Part shown: piece after piece, positions 11,409 to 25,329 of the stretch | Position numbering within the stretch: the stretch's first letter is position 1 | How the letters are laid out: each line of letters begins with the position of its first letter | Origin: Octopus vulgaris | Taxonomy: Eukaryota | Reading direction: 5' to 3' | Length of the DNA: 64,000 bases | Assembly (NCBI GenBank): GCA_951406725.2 | Contig: OX597838.1 | Span: 45,496,752-45,560,751, forward strand | Program-made: the position numbers and the translations under genes | The notes under the pieces: generated by a model | Told to the model about the DNA's origin: nothing | The model's database searches: none | Seen by the model: the letters and a program-made list of their open reading frames with translations, nothing else

Positions 11409-11449
11409 AAGTATATAGTTAATTACATATATGTGTGTATAAAAATGTA

Positions 11450-11500
<51 letters not shown>

Positions 11501-11531
11501 ATTGTACATATATATATTATATATATTATAT

Positions 11532-14500
11532 AAGAAGGGCTGGTAGAGCTAAAGGAAAAGCTCAAGCAGGACCAAAGGGTGAAAAAACCAGGAATAGAAG
11601 TGGAACCGCAAAAGATGGAAACGGACAGCGCACACGGGTGTGTAGGTTCTACCTGAGAGGTTCCTGCTGGCATGGAAAGGAAGGTGCAGGCTGCCGCTTT
11701 GCACATCGGGGACCCTGCCACAGAAACACGAGGCAGATGGATAAACCATCAACACAAGGAAAAGGGATGGACCACGCACCACTTGCCCCAAAGCGGAGGT
11801 ACGCAGATGTTGTGCGTGCCACAAACAGCCAACATGATGTTGTCGAAAGAGCAGCTGCTGAGCAACAATCTTTTTTGTGCATGGCACAAAAGATTGTACA
11901 GCAGCTGACCTGGCTTCATCAAACCCAAGCCCGCAGGTGGGACTACCCACTATATACCAGACCACCACAGCAAACAGACCCAGGATGGACACCACCGGCA
12001 ACAACGTACACCTCACCTCGATGCTCCTACTGAACATCAGAGGACTGCAAACACTCAGTAACAGGACAAAAATCCCGTTCCTGAGAGATTTTGTTGCATG
12101 CAATCAAGCCTTATGCATAGCACTAACGGAAACGCACCTGAAACCGGATATAGCAGATGCGGAGTTACACATACCACAGTATGCTGTACTACGGACCGAC
12201 AGGAAAGAAAGGAGTCATGGAGGTGTTGCTATGTACATCCGTGAGGACCTCACACCCAGGTCCTCTTGTCATACTCAAACTCGGTGTGTGACACACTAAT
12301 TGTACATATTAGGCAACTTGATGTAGTTGTGTGTGCTACATATCGCCCTCCAGATGCCCCAAGCCATGTGGGCAAGTTTGAAGACTGCCTTATAAAAATA
12401 GAAGTTCTAACCACATTAGAACAACACATAAGTGTACTTCTTATGGGAGACTTCAATCTTCCAAATGTCAGATGGCCCGAGGGCCTTTCTCTCCCAGGAA
12501 TGACAAGATGTGAACGAGGACAGGCGAGGTCCCTCCTGAACCTCATCAACACCCTGTACATGGAGCAGGTAATACTCCAACCAACCAGGGCAGGTAACAC
12601 ACTGGATCTCTGCTTCACAAATGACATGGATCTCATCCATAATGTGAAAGTGACACCGACACTACTCTCGGATCACAACATGATAGAGCTGACCATGTAC
12701 GGGCCAAAAGAGAGCACGGACATGCAGCCTACAAGAAACCCCAGAATCTTTCCAGCTTGAACTACCATAAGGCAAACTGGAAACAAATTGAAAAGAGATC
12801 CTCAAACAAAACTGGCCTAAATGTCTCTCCTCGCCAGACATCGACGTGAAACTTCAACAATTCATGTCTGTAATGCAAGCCATATGCTACAAATATGTCC
12901 CAGAGAGAAAGGCCACTGTACACAAGAACAAAATCCCCAGAGAGAGGAAAATTCTAATGAGACGGCGTACAAAATTTTCAAATCGCCTAAACAAACAGAT
13001 TGAAAGCAGTGAAAAGTCCCGCCTAAAAATAAAACTGTTGGAAATCGAAAAATGTCTGAAACTCTCCCATGAAAAGGAAAGAGCAGACAAAGAAGCCTGG
13101 GCTATAGACAACATAAAATCAATGAGGGTAAGTGGAAAACCAATGAGGGTAAGTGAAATACTGAATGAGCAATTCAAGAGTGTTTTCACTCCACCCATTG
13201 GGCATCTCCAAATCACCAATCCAACTGACTTTTTTACCACTGCAGATATAAAATCAGAGGCGGCGACGATAGATTACATCGATATAAAGGAAGACGATGT
13301 AATCAAGGCTATAGATGAAATGAAAACAGACTCAGCTACTGGCCCCGATGGATTCCCGGCAATCCTCCTAAAAGCATGTAAGAGAGTCCTAGCAAGACCA
13401 CTGCAGTTCCTCTTTCAGAGCTTCCTTGCAGCTGGCAAACTTCCAAGAAAACTGAAGGAAGGTAAAATATACCCCATTCATAAAGGAGGTAGCAGAGCGG
13501 AAGCCAAGAACTATAGACCTATCTCTCTGACCTCACACATCAGCAAGGTCATGGAACGAATAGTCAGAAGGAAACTAATCACCTTCCTTGAAGAAAATGA
13601 CTTGCTGCCCGACACCCAACATGGTTTCCGACCAGGGAGAAGCTGTTTAACTCAGCTCCTACAACACTATGACTGGGTGCTGAAATGGCTGCTCAACCAC
13701 TCAAATATGGAAGTGATATATCTCGTCTTTGCAAAGGCCTTTGATAAAGTCGATCATGGAATGATATATCACAAACTGCGTGATCTCAACATAGTTGGAA
13801 AACTGGGAGAATGGCTTCATGACTTTCTGAAAGATAGAAGTCAGGTGGTAGTGGCCAATGGGGCCACTTCCATTAACACGCAAATAGTGAGCGGTTTTCC
13901 GCAGGGCACTGTTCTGGGACCACTACTGTTCATAATGGCCCTCTCAGACATGCCCTCAGCCACGCAGAGAGCCACGATCACAAGTTATGCAGATGATACA
14001 AAAGTTTCACAGGCAATACAGAACCCTGAGGACACTAAACACCTGCAATGTGAGCTAGACAAAATATACAAGTGGGCCGAAAAGAATAGCATGCAGTTCA
14101 ATGCTGAAAAGTTTCAAGCTCTATACTATCAGCATGCAAAACTAAATGCAATACCCAATGAATACACTGGACCCGGAGGAATAGCAATCCCAGAGGCACA
14201 ATCAGTGCGTGACCTAGGTATTTACATGAGTGATGACGCGACCTTTCGTGTACATGTTGCTAAATTGGCAATGAAATGTAGACGACTGGCCGGATGGATC
14301 CTCAGAACCTTTAGAACAAGAGAACAAGAAACCATGATGGTCCTCTGGAGGACACTTGTCCTAAGCCACTTTGACTACTGCTCTCAGTTATGGTCACCAT
14401 CCAGTGTCAAGTTGATCACAGAGCTCGAGGCGATCCAACGTAGCTACACGAAGAAGATAGCCTCTATGCAGAATGTAAGCTACTGGGAAAGACTCAGAAA

Positions 14501-14990
14501 ATTAAAATTATATTCCCTGGAGCGTAGGCGGGAAAGATATGCCATAATATACATCTGGAAGATCCTGGAGGGAAGTGTCCTGAACTTTGGCATCGAGAGT
14601 TACGCAAATGCCAGGACTGGGCGCCACTGTGTGGTGCCTAGGACTCCAAACTTGCCATCAAGATGTAGGACAAGATTCTGTGATAGCCTGGGCTTCCGAG
14701 GCCCACAGCTCTTCAATATCCTCCCGAAGAACCTGAGAGACCTGCATGGGGTGGATACAGATGTCTTTAAAATGAAGCTGGATCTCTTCCTGTCAGGTGT
14801 CCCAGATGAACCAACTTCACGGCAGGAGGGGCAGATGAGGGCAGCTGCATCGAACTCTCTCATGCACCAAATAGCAGTTGCTAGAAAGCCTTCATGAAGT
14901 GAAACCAAGTAGCAACACCAAATGGCGGTGCCCCAGCATAGCCACAGCTCATAAGCTGAAAATGGAAAAATCAAATCAAAAAAATCAAAA
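11532..14990 (+). mobile_element. APE-RT LINE (Proto2/CR1-group-like), 5'-truncated in ORF1
   Basis: ORF1 end carries a CCCH finger (CRFYLRGSCWHGKEGAGCRFAH). APE motifs: LNIRGL, LTETHL, DR..RSHGGVAMY, YRPP, MGDFNLP, PTRAGNTLDL, SDH. RT motifs: NYRPISLTS, QHGFRPGRSC, AFDKVDH, GFPQGTVLGPLLF, YADD. It ends in PDEPT..RAAASNSL and an A-rich tail. The clade name is inference. Confidence 0.92.
11983..14897 (+). pseudogene. LINE ORF2 (endonuclease + reverse transcriptase), frameshifted
   Basis: Split over ORFs 11877..12299, 12266..12760 and 12846..14897. The conserved Asp of YLDFAKAFD is mutated to Val (YLVFAKAFD). Confidence 0.9.
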
Positions 14991-15097
14991 TATACATATA
15001 ATATATATATATACATATATATATGTGTGTGTGTAGATTATATATATATCATAGGTATCTATATAAACATATACTTGCATATATAGCATACATAGAC

Positions 15098-15232
<135 letters not shown>

Positions 15233-15508
15233 CACTTCCACAAAGACACAAGTCTCATCTCTTTATTGCATTGTATACTAATCAATAGGGGCGAAATATG
15301 ACGTCGAATGTAATTAAGTTTAAAGCCATTTCTCTTTGAGACTTCGGCACAATGGAACGAATCTGACAGCTCCTTTCAATGCCTCCGAAAAGAGAAGAAA
15401 AATAGCGAGAATACAGTGTTTTACTGCTACGCCTTTCCATTGGTAATGGAATGCTGAATTAAATTATAAGAAAATATATAAAATCTAAATCAGATATCAC
15501 AGTGAAAG

Positions 15509-15510
<2 letters not shown>

Positions 15511-15565
<55 letters not shown>

Positions 15566-15599
15566 GCATATTTATATATATGTATATATACATACACGC

Positions 15600-15630
<31 letters not shown>

Positions 15631-15659
15631 CATACACATAATACATAATACATATATAC

Positions 15660-15696
<37 letters not shown>

Positions 15697-15787
15697 TGCA
15701 TATATATACACACATATGTACATATATATATACATATGTATATGTATATGTAAATTCATTTATATAAACATATATACATATATATAC

Positions 15788-15839
<52 letters not shown>

Positions 15840-15877
15840 GTATATACACATATACACTATATGTATATATCTATATA

Positions 15878-15918
<41 letters not shown>

Positions 15919-15930
15919 TGTGTGTCTGTG
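15511..15930. repeat. Compound (TA)n/(TACA)/(TG)n microsatellite field
   Basis: Direct reading. Confidence 0.9.
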
Positions 15931-16409
15931 TACGAGCTTGCTAGTTGTATGCAGAAGGCAAAGAAAACAAACATACAGGAAAGCCACGAATAAAGCTCTG
16001 GAAAAACTATTTAGATTTCATCTCAATAGTTCGTTAGTAAATGGAAAACTGAGTCAACAAACTACAACAACAATTGAAACGTCGACATCAACTACTAAAG
16101 AAAAGCAAGAAATAAGGATTATGAACAAATTTTGTAGTCAAGTATGAGAAAATCATGTCAGCGTCTCCCAAATAATATCAACTGAGCTGAAACTCTCTGA
16201 AGGAGAACTTTTAAAAACAAGCTGTAATTAAGCAAATCAGGCTCTCCGCGTCCTGCAGTTTCTCGTGTTTCAAAATGTTTAAAGTACTAATAATCCTGTC
16301 ACTCAATTTTTCTTCTGTTTACTTTAAAGAAGTTTTATGTCTCTAAATGCAGGATGAATTACTGTTCTTCCCTTATACGCAACCAAATAAATATGTCAAA
16401 GTATATATC

Positions 16410-16640
16410 TTTTATCTTTTATTCTTTATTTGTTTTGCTTATTGGACTGCAGCCATACTGGAACATTGCCTTGACGTGTTTAAACGAACAAAAATCACCC
16501 CGGTACTTGAATTTTTAAGCATGGTACTTATTCGATCGGACTCACTTGACAGACAGCTAAATTACGAGGACGTAACCAAGCTTACACCGGTTGACAGCAG
16601 TTGGTGGGGAGAAAATCACAAACACAAAGACGCACACCCA
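16410..16640 (-). mobile_element. SINE family A, 3' half (degenerate)
   Basis: GGACTGCAGCCATACTGGAACATTGCC..GGTACTTATTCGATCGG..TTACGAGGACGTAA..ACACCGGTTG is the reverse complement of the family A tail. Confidence 0.7.
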
Positions 16641-16741
16641 GATCTGTATATCATATGTATGTATGATGTGTTGTATGTATGTATATATGTGTGTATACAT
16701 ATATATATATATGTATATGTATATATATACATACATGTATG

Positions 16742-16773
<32 letters not shown>

Positions 16774-16785
16774 CATACATGTATG

Positions 16786-16855
<70 letters not shown>

Positions 16856-16934
16856 GGATGAAGTTTTTTTTTCTACAGAAAAAACTTCCATCAAAAAATG
16901 TGGCAGCATATTAAAATACTTTTACGGTTAAAAT

Positions 16935-17197
16935 TATAAACAACTTCTAAGTAAGGGCTAAAGAAAATTATTTCAATGCCAATATGCTGATTACAGACTA
17001 TTAAATCGTCAATTTCCACATATTATTTACTCGCTACAGCAAAAACCGGAGAACTGAAATCCGGCTTCCCGATTTCCGTTCTTCGGTTTTTTCTGTAGCG
17101 AGTAAATAATATGTGGAAATTGACGATTTAATAGTCTGTAATCAGCATATTGGCATTGAAATAATTTTCTTTAGCCCTTACTTAGAAGTTGTTTATA
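16935..17197. repeat. ~260-bp near-perfect palindrome (fold-back element)
   Basis: Arms TATAAACAACTTCTAAG...CTCGCTACAG and CTGTAGCGAG...CTTAGAAGTTGTTTATA are reverse complements. The core is imperfect around ~17065. Confidence 0.9.
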
Positions 17198-17202
17198 TAT
17201 AT

Positions 17203-18448
17203 TGTTACGGAACGGACTGGAATCGCCCGTCGTCGTCGCTCGTCCCGAACGGCTCGCACACTAGTTCCGCCACGGAGCCCAAAGAGGCGGAGAGAGGAGA
17301 TACAGATAGATACTGCCACAACCTCAACAGCACAGAGATACAGAGGCACAACCCGAGATACAACCCAAAGAGGCACAGAGGCAACAGAGACACTGGCTTA
17401 TATTCAACAACTACTAGTTTATATGACAATCAATTGCTACACATCAAATACATTTAAGGCAAACAACAAATCAATACATCATACGGGTATACCACAGATC
17501 AATGCATTTAACAACATCATGTAACAATATATCAGTCCGGAGACACAAGTCATATACAGTATTTCAAAGGTACACGTCCGAAGACACAGTTCTTTTAAAG
17601 TCTTTTCTAAACATCACAGATAATGTCACATCAACACAATTCTGAACATGAATACCACAACTCGATAATCGACATATCGACAAGTCCTTGACTGTTCTTT
17701 TCACTGTTCAATACATCGTGACACGTATCAATGCACAAACACATACCTCAATTCCTAATTGAATCTGCCAGTGTCCCATTCCTCTCAATCCTGCCAATTC
17801 CTCTGAATACTGCCAAATCCTTCTGTACATATCCCTTCTGCATATTCCAATCGCTTGCTCCTCAAATCCCAAGATCCCTGCTGATCTGTCCAAGATCCGT
17901 CTGTGTTCTTCCACGACCGCTCAACCGACCGCAAGATCCGTCTGTGTTCTTCCACGACCAACTACCAACTACCCAGATCCGTCCTTCCTGACGACCAACT
18001 GCGAACTGCCCTTCTTGACGACCAACTGCCAACCCACACTTCCTTGTCCTGCCTTTCTTCCACTCCCCTCATCTCCCTCTGTACCGCTCACCTATAGTCT
18101 TTCTATTTGCTATCTGATTCCTTACTCTATCTATATCGCCTACTGTCCCTTAGCCTCTCTATCTGTCCCTTAGTCTTATACTCTATCTCTCTCATGACAG
18201 CTCTACCAAACTCTCTGCCTGTCCTTCTCTCCTACTGTCAATACCCTCTCCATCTGCTCTTAGATTCCCTTAATCTGTCCCTTTTCTTTCACATTCTCCT
18301 GACCCTCTTCTCAGCCGCACGAGGTCACAGGTCATTCCAAAACCCATTAGTCCTCCATTAAACAAAAGACTGTCACTTTTCTACTAGACATGCCGGAACC
18401 ATAATTCCAATGTGGGTCACCGGGAAATGCACCAGCTAAACTGTAACA
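17203..18448 (-). repeat. 3' LTR
   Basis: Direct repeat of 20398-21645 with TG...CA ends. Preceded on the minus strand by the purine tract AGGTAGGGGTAG (18449-18460). Confidence 0.93.
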
Positions 18449-18518
18449 CTACCCCCTACCTAAGCTTTTGTCGACCCGACAAATCATAACAAACCCCCAG
18501 CTCCGAGGGCGAGCTCCA

Positions 18519-20369
18519 TCAGACGTTCCAGGGACTGGAGGTCCCCCTGGGTGGTTTCTCCTCCGGGGGTCTCACCTCCCACGGCCACCACTTCAGCACC
18601 AGCCACAGGTTGGCACCTTCCCTCTGCGGCTTGGGTAACACCTCCGCCAACGCCGCCAGGCTGCCCACTAGCCGCCTACAATAGGCGCACCGTCCGAGGA
18701 AGTTCCTCAAATCCCTTACACAGGCAGGGTCCGGCCAATCCTTCACAGTGGCCACCTTCCTCAGGGCTCTATAGCCCACGTAGCATCTTGCTGTACCATC
18801 TCCATTCCGCGCAATTATCGCCGACGACCAGGGACCATTCTGTCCTTTCACTGTTACCTGTCGCCGATATCTCCTCTTGCGCTGCTGTACTGAGTCCTTC
18901 CTCCGGCCTCGCTGCCTCCTCAAGCGACAACCGCCTTGGTCGACGAAACGTTCTGCCAGGTCCGTGCGACCAGCATCCAACAACCCTCGCGACCAACGTC
19001 CTGCGCTTTTCACCAACAGTTGCCTCTTCCGCAACTGCATCAGCGGACCACGAACTCCCTTAACTTCATCTCTGCACCGGCAGAACTGACCCCGCCGCTG
19101 GTTTACCGTCCGGCGCAGTTCCACGATTTGCCCTCTGCAAATCGCCTGCGCAGCCTTCAATAAATCGGCCGACCCAACCAGCGCTCTGTCAACTTCTGCC
19201 TCCACCAGGGTCCAGCCGACCCTCAATTGAGTTCCTATTCCGCACTGCATGTCGGGCTCCACCAGCCCCACGCAACCATCGAACACCGAGCTCCCCCAAG
19301 TGCCAACAAAGCACCAGCGACTCCTTGCGGACTGCTTCCTCAACTGCATCCGTGGGCCACCATCTCCTTCCACTGCGTTGCCGTATCGGCAGAACTGGCC
19401 CCACCACTGGTTCGCCATCTGGCACGATTCCTCGATTTGCCTTCTGAAAATCGCCTGTGTCACTTCCAAAAGATCGGCCGACCCAGCCAGCGCTCCACCA
19501 GCTTCTGCTTCCACTAGGGTCCACCCGACCCTCAATCGAGCTTTCACTAGGCACTGCCTGTCGGGCTCCACCGGCCCCAAGCAACCATCAACCACAAAGC
19601 TCACCCAACGCTGAAGCAGTCTTCCTGGTCTCAGTCGACCCACCACCGTTCGCAGCCGTCTTGCCTCGTCAACGGGCTTGGTCCTTTTCCTCACCAGCCT
19701 CCGTACCGCAGGCCTCACAACACACACGCTCGGCCGCCAGTCCATCCACGCCTGTGGCCTCTCCACAGTGGGAACCATACAGTCCCTCTGGGCCCCAAGA
19801 GACAGGAGTCCAGACACCAAAGGACCCGCACACGGCACAACACCTGCCGCGACCATCACACACAGAGCCGGAACCTCGGACTCAGCGACATTCGCCCCAG
19901 ACCTCGCCAGCTCTTCGTCCCGAGCTCCGAGAGACAGGGGTCGAAATGCCAAGGGCCCCAGACACGGAACAACAGCATCAGCCATAACAACTTCAACAAG
20001 CCTTTTGGTTAATTCAACCTCTACGGGTTCCAAATCACAAGATTTCTTGGGTACAGCGTCACAAATTTCGGCAACCAACCCAGGTTCCGCCGATGCTTCA
20101 TTCGACGAGCAATCTCTGCCCACAGGACCGTCGCTATCCCCGGTCCAACACCGATCCTCCAAAGCTGACCCATCCGCAACCTCAAGCTCCCGCTGATCTG
20201 CCCACAGGCCCCGTCGCCTCTTGTCCATCCTTTCCATGAACGCGTCTGTCTGCGCCATCTGGCCCCTTAACATCTCCACAATCAGGGCAAGCGAAATCTC
20301 CACGTCTCCGGTCTGACAACCAGACAAATCCATAGCGAAGAAAAGGAAAAACCGATCGAAACGCAGCAA
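18519..20369 (-). CDS. 616-codon internal ORF of the LTR element (first ATG at 20333); pol remnants fused to internally repeated sequence
   Basis: GPWSSAIIARNGDGTARCYVGYRALRKV resembles the Gypsy RT start (SPWSSP...DG..RFCVDYR.LN). It is joined directly to VKDWPDP..VRDLRNFLGRCAYCRRLV, the post-RT connection motif. No YxDD, RNase H or integrase is present. Confidence 0.6.
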   Translation of the reverse strand: MLRFDRFFLFFAMDLSGCQTGDVEISLALIVEMLRGQMAQTDAFMERMDKRRRGLWADQRELEVADGSALEDRCWTGDSDGPVGRDCSSNEASAEPGLVAEICDAVPKKSCDLEPVEVELTKRLVEVVMADAVVPCLGPLAFRPLSLGARDEELARSGANVAESEVPALCVMVAAGVVPCAGPLVSGLLSLGAQRDCMVPTVERPQAWMDWRPSVCVVRPAVRRLVRKRTKPVDEARRLRTVVGRLRPGRLLQRWVSFVVDGCLGPVEPDRQCLVKARLRVGWTLVEAEAGGALAGSADLLEVTQAIFRRQIEESCQMANQWWGQFCRYGNAVEGDGGPRMQLRKQSARSRWCFVGTWGSSVFDGCVGLVEPDMQCGIGTQLRVGWTLVEAEVDRALVGSADLLKAAQAICRGQIVELRRTVNQRRGQFCRCRDEVKGVRGPLMQLRKRQLLVKSAGRWSRGLLDAGRTDLAERFVDQGGCRLRRQRGRRKDSVQQRKRRYRRQVTVKGQNGPWSSAIIARNGDGTARCYVGYRALRKVATVKDWPDPACVRDLRNFLGRCAYCRRLVGSLAALAEVLPKPQREGANLWLVLKWWPWEVRPPEEKPPRGTSSPWNV

Positions 20370-20377
20370 TCAGGACA

Positions 20378-20395
20378 ATCCCACTTCTGACACCA
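20378..20395 (-). promoter_or_regulatory. Primer-binding site (tRNA-Leu type)
   Basis: TGGTGTCAGAAGTGGGAT lies 2 nt after the 5' LTR and is complementary to a tRNA-Leu 3' end (ATCCCACTTCTGACACCA). Confidence 0.85.
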
Positions 20396-20397
20396 GT

Positions 20398-21768
<1,371 letters not shown>

Positions 21769-21774
21769 TTAGGT

Positions 21775-22645
21775 AATAAAACGCATGGTATATAACTGGT
21801 AACTTATCGGCAAAGCACGTTCATCGGGGCAACGGCTGATTCATTCAAGTATCGCTATCCCAACCATGTCACCAGCTTCGAGAAAATTAACAAGAGACAT
21901 TCAACATCTTTGGCCGATTTTATCTTGAGTAAGATAAAAGTAAGTATAACATAACTTGGTTCATAGTAAGGCGCACAAAACCATGTAATGTTTTTTCCAT
22001 GAGATTCCGACTCTGCTCCGAGGAATCACTCTCTATTCCATGGATCAATGAGAAGATCATTAATAGAATATCTGAAACACTCTCAATATGCTTACATGCA
22101 TATAAATGAACTTTAGCACAATGTGGTGGGAATGAATTTGTGTAATTAATAAGCATAATTCACCTTAAGATGTGGATGTATTAAATTTAGCTCTAACTTA
22201 CCCGTTTTTATAAACAAGTAGCTATTTAATTCACTATGTGAACGTGTGTACGCCAAACTACAGGTATGCGTATGCTTATATCTTTGTGAATGTTTGTATG
22301 CGCGAGTGTATTTGCACCATACAACCTACGTGAGGGAGTTTATACATCCATATCCGTTAACGGTTATATTTAATACTTTTTTCGCTGTATTGTGCATTTG
22401 CTTATTTTTCGCAGCTGTTACTTTTTATTACTGATCTTCTGTATAAATGAAGCTATATCCTTTAATTTGCTGCTTTTCCTTACGCGAACCAAGAAGATAC
22501 CTAGCGGAACAGTCGGTATTTTAATGAGTTATATCAAATTATCGCCCGAACACATATATCTACTAATGCTCCTAAACCAGTTCTTAAGTATCCCACCCGT
22601 GAGTGATCGTTGCTAGATGGCTCGAAACGATTATAGGGATTAATA
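21775..22645 (+). mobile_element. Degenerate PLE GIY-YIG fragment plus pLTR (same architecture as 6290-7030)
   Basis: Manual translation: TFIGATADSFKYRYPNHVTSFEKINKRHSTSLA..YNITWFIVRRTKPCN..RLCSEE..INRISETLSICLH. Hammerhead-like remnant at 22590-22640 (ATCCC...GAAAC GATT ATA GGGAT). Confidence 0.7.
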
Positions 22646-22684
22646 TAATTTCTCGTATCTTCCATCTTCCATCTCTCTCATTAA

Positions 22685-22759
<75 letters not shown>

Positions 22760-22811
22760 TGCCATGTATGTATGTATATGTATATATATATATATGTATG
22801 TATGTTTGTAT

Positions 22812-22960
22812 ACAACGGGCTTCTTTCAGTTTTCGTGTACCAAATCCACGCAGAAGGCATTAGTTGGTCCGGAGCTATAACTGAAGACACTTGCCTAAAG
22901 TGCCACCCAGTGACGCTTAATCAGGGCTATGTGGTTGAGAAACAAACTTCTTGTGCCTGT
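22812..22960 (-). mobile_element. SINE family A, 5' half
   Basis: ACGGGCTTCTTTCAGTTT..ACCAAATCCAC..GCTATA..GAAGACACTTGCC.AA.GTGCCAC is the reverse complement of the family A head and core. Confidence 0.75.
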
Positions 22961-23837
22961 GTGTTTGCGCACGTAATTTTATGTACATATGTATAAAGAT
23001 ATTTCTATTCGTGATATTTACCTTACGATACGCGTACCGTTTATGTTAACATATCTTCAGAGGTCTAATATTGCAAGCTAAAGTTATCCAACAACTTTTC
23101 ATATTTATTCTATCGTTTTAGTGCTCACTTAAGCTTTGTAAGGTATCAACAATTGTTGGAAATCCAAGCATCTTCTATTCCTGAAGATAAGGGCCAGTCA
23201 CTGAGATGTAGCTTTAGGTATTGATTTCATCTGGAGAGATACTCACTGATAATGAGGACCGACATTTGGTGCGGTTTTGAAGAATCTAAAATATGGTACA
23301 ATGATATTTTTCTATTTTAGTAGAAAGAAAAGAGAGACAGGTTTGAGGAGAGGTGCTTTTAAAACCCTTTTCCTGAAATACGTGGATTTTGTATTAAATC
23401 AAGGTTGCAAGTGTATGATGCCGGTTTGTGGAAGATTGGACTGCTACGTTTGGAGAGTACAATAGTAAAGTTTGCTGCCATAGAAATAGGAAAAATTAAA
23501 GGAGGGAAATGAAAAGCGAAGCAGGAGTGGGAGTTAGGAGATGAATTCGTGAGATTTTGTGATGGCAGTGAGAAGTAACTAGCAAAACGTCAACAACAAC
23601 AAGAACAACCAAGAGAGAGGTTAATGAAGCAGATGAGAAAGAGCGCAATGAGCATAAGAACAACAACAACAATATCAACAACAAGGACCAGAAGAGAAAC
23701 AACAACAAACGAAAACAGCAACAGCATTATCAAGAAGACCAAGAAGGAAAATGAACGTTAAAAAGAAAATCAATACGCCTCAAATCCAATTATGAACAGA
23801 AAACGTTATGAATATTTAAAAATATGCTATGGCTTCT

Positions 23838-23883
<46 letters not shown>
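23838..23883. repeat. (AGT)n microsatellite
   Basis: Direct reading. Confidence 0.9.
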
Positions 23884-24490
23884 CATATATATATATATAC
23901 ACGCACACACCTCCACAAAGCAATAATAAAAAGAATTCTTCTTCTCTAAACCCAAAAACCATTTGACCTTCCCTCATTAAACACACACACACACACTCTC
24001 TCACAATGATAAAAAGGAAATATAATTTATGGTCTACCTCCCCGCCACCACACACTCAATAACACTATGAAATGGTCAAAACTCAAATTCTTTTTCCTCG
24101 AGAGCTTAGACCCCCCCCCCCTTGGAGTAAGCACCCTGTCCAGCAGAACAAAAAAAATTTTCTTCTTCTTCCCTCTCCCTTTCCTTCTTTTTCTTTAGCA
24201 CCTCTTCCAAATACAAAAACACACACACACATGCTCTCTCTCTCTCTCTCTCTCTCACTTTCCCCTCATCCCTCTTGCACTGTCTTATATTCCTCCCCAC
24301 CACTACAAACTCAATACCACTATAAAATGGTCAAAACCTTTCACACAGGAACTTAGTTCGATTTGAAAACCCCACTAGAATGGGAGAAAGCGCTAATACA
24401 TGATCTAAGTTATATGATGTATAAAAAATGTAATATACAAATAAATATCTGTAAATATAAAACCATCCGATTTTCTGAGTATCTCATTTC

Positions 24491-25290
<800 letters not shown>

Positions 25291-25329
25291 CAAACATAAC
25301 TAAATTAGGATGAATTCTTGTTTTATTGA

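Noticed and set aside
17113-18361. Short ORFs in the LTRs (duplicated at 20400-21558)
   Set aside because: They lie within LTR sequence and show no recognisable domains.
18551-20196. Multiple + strand ORFs inside the LTR element
   Set aside because: They are antisense shadows of the GC-rich minus-strand ORF. PBS and PPT define the minus strand as sense.
23270-24400. Possible host exon in a less obviously repetitive stretch
   Set aside because: Low-complexity purine/AAC-rich sequence with no convincing ORF, motif or splice-bounded frame.
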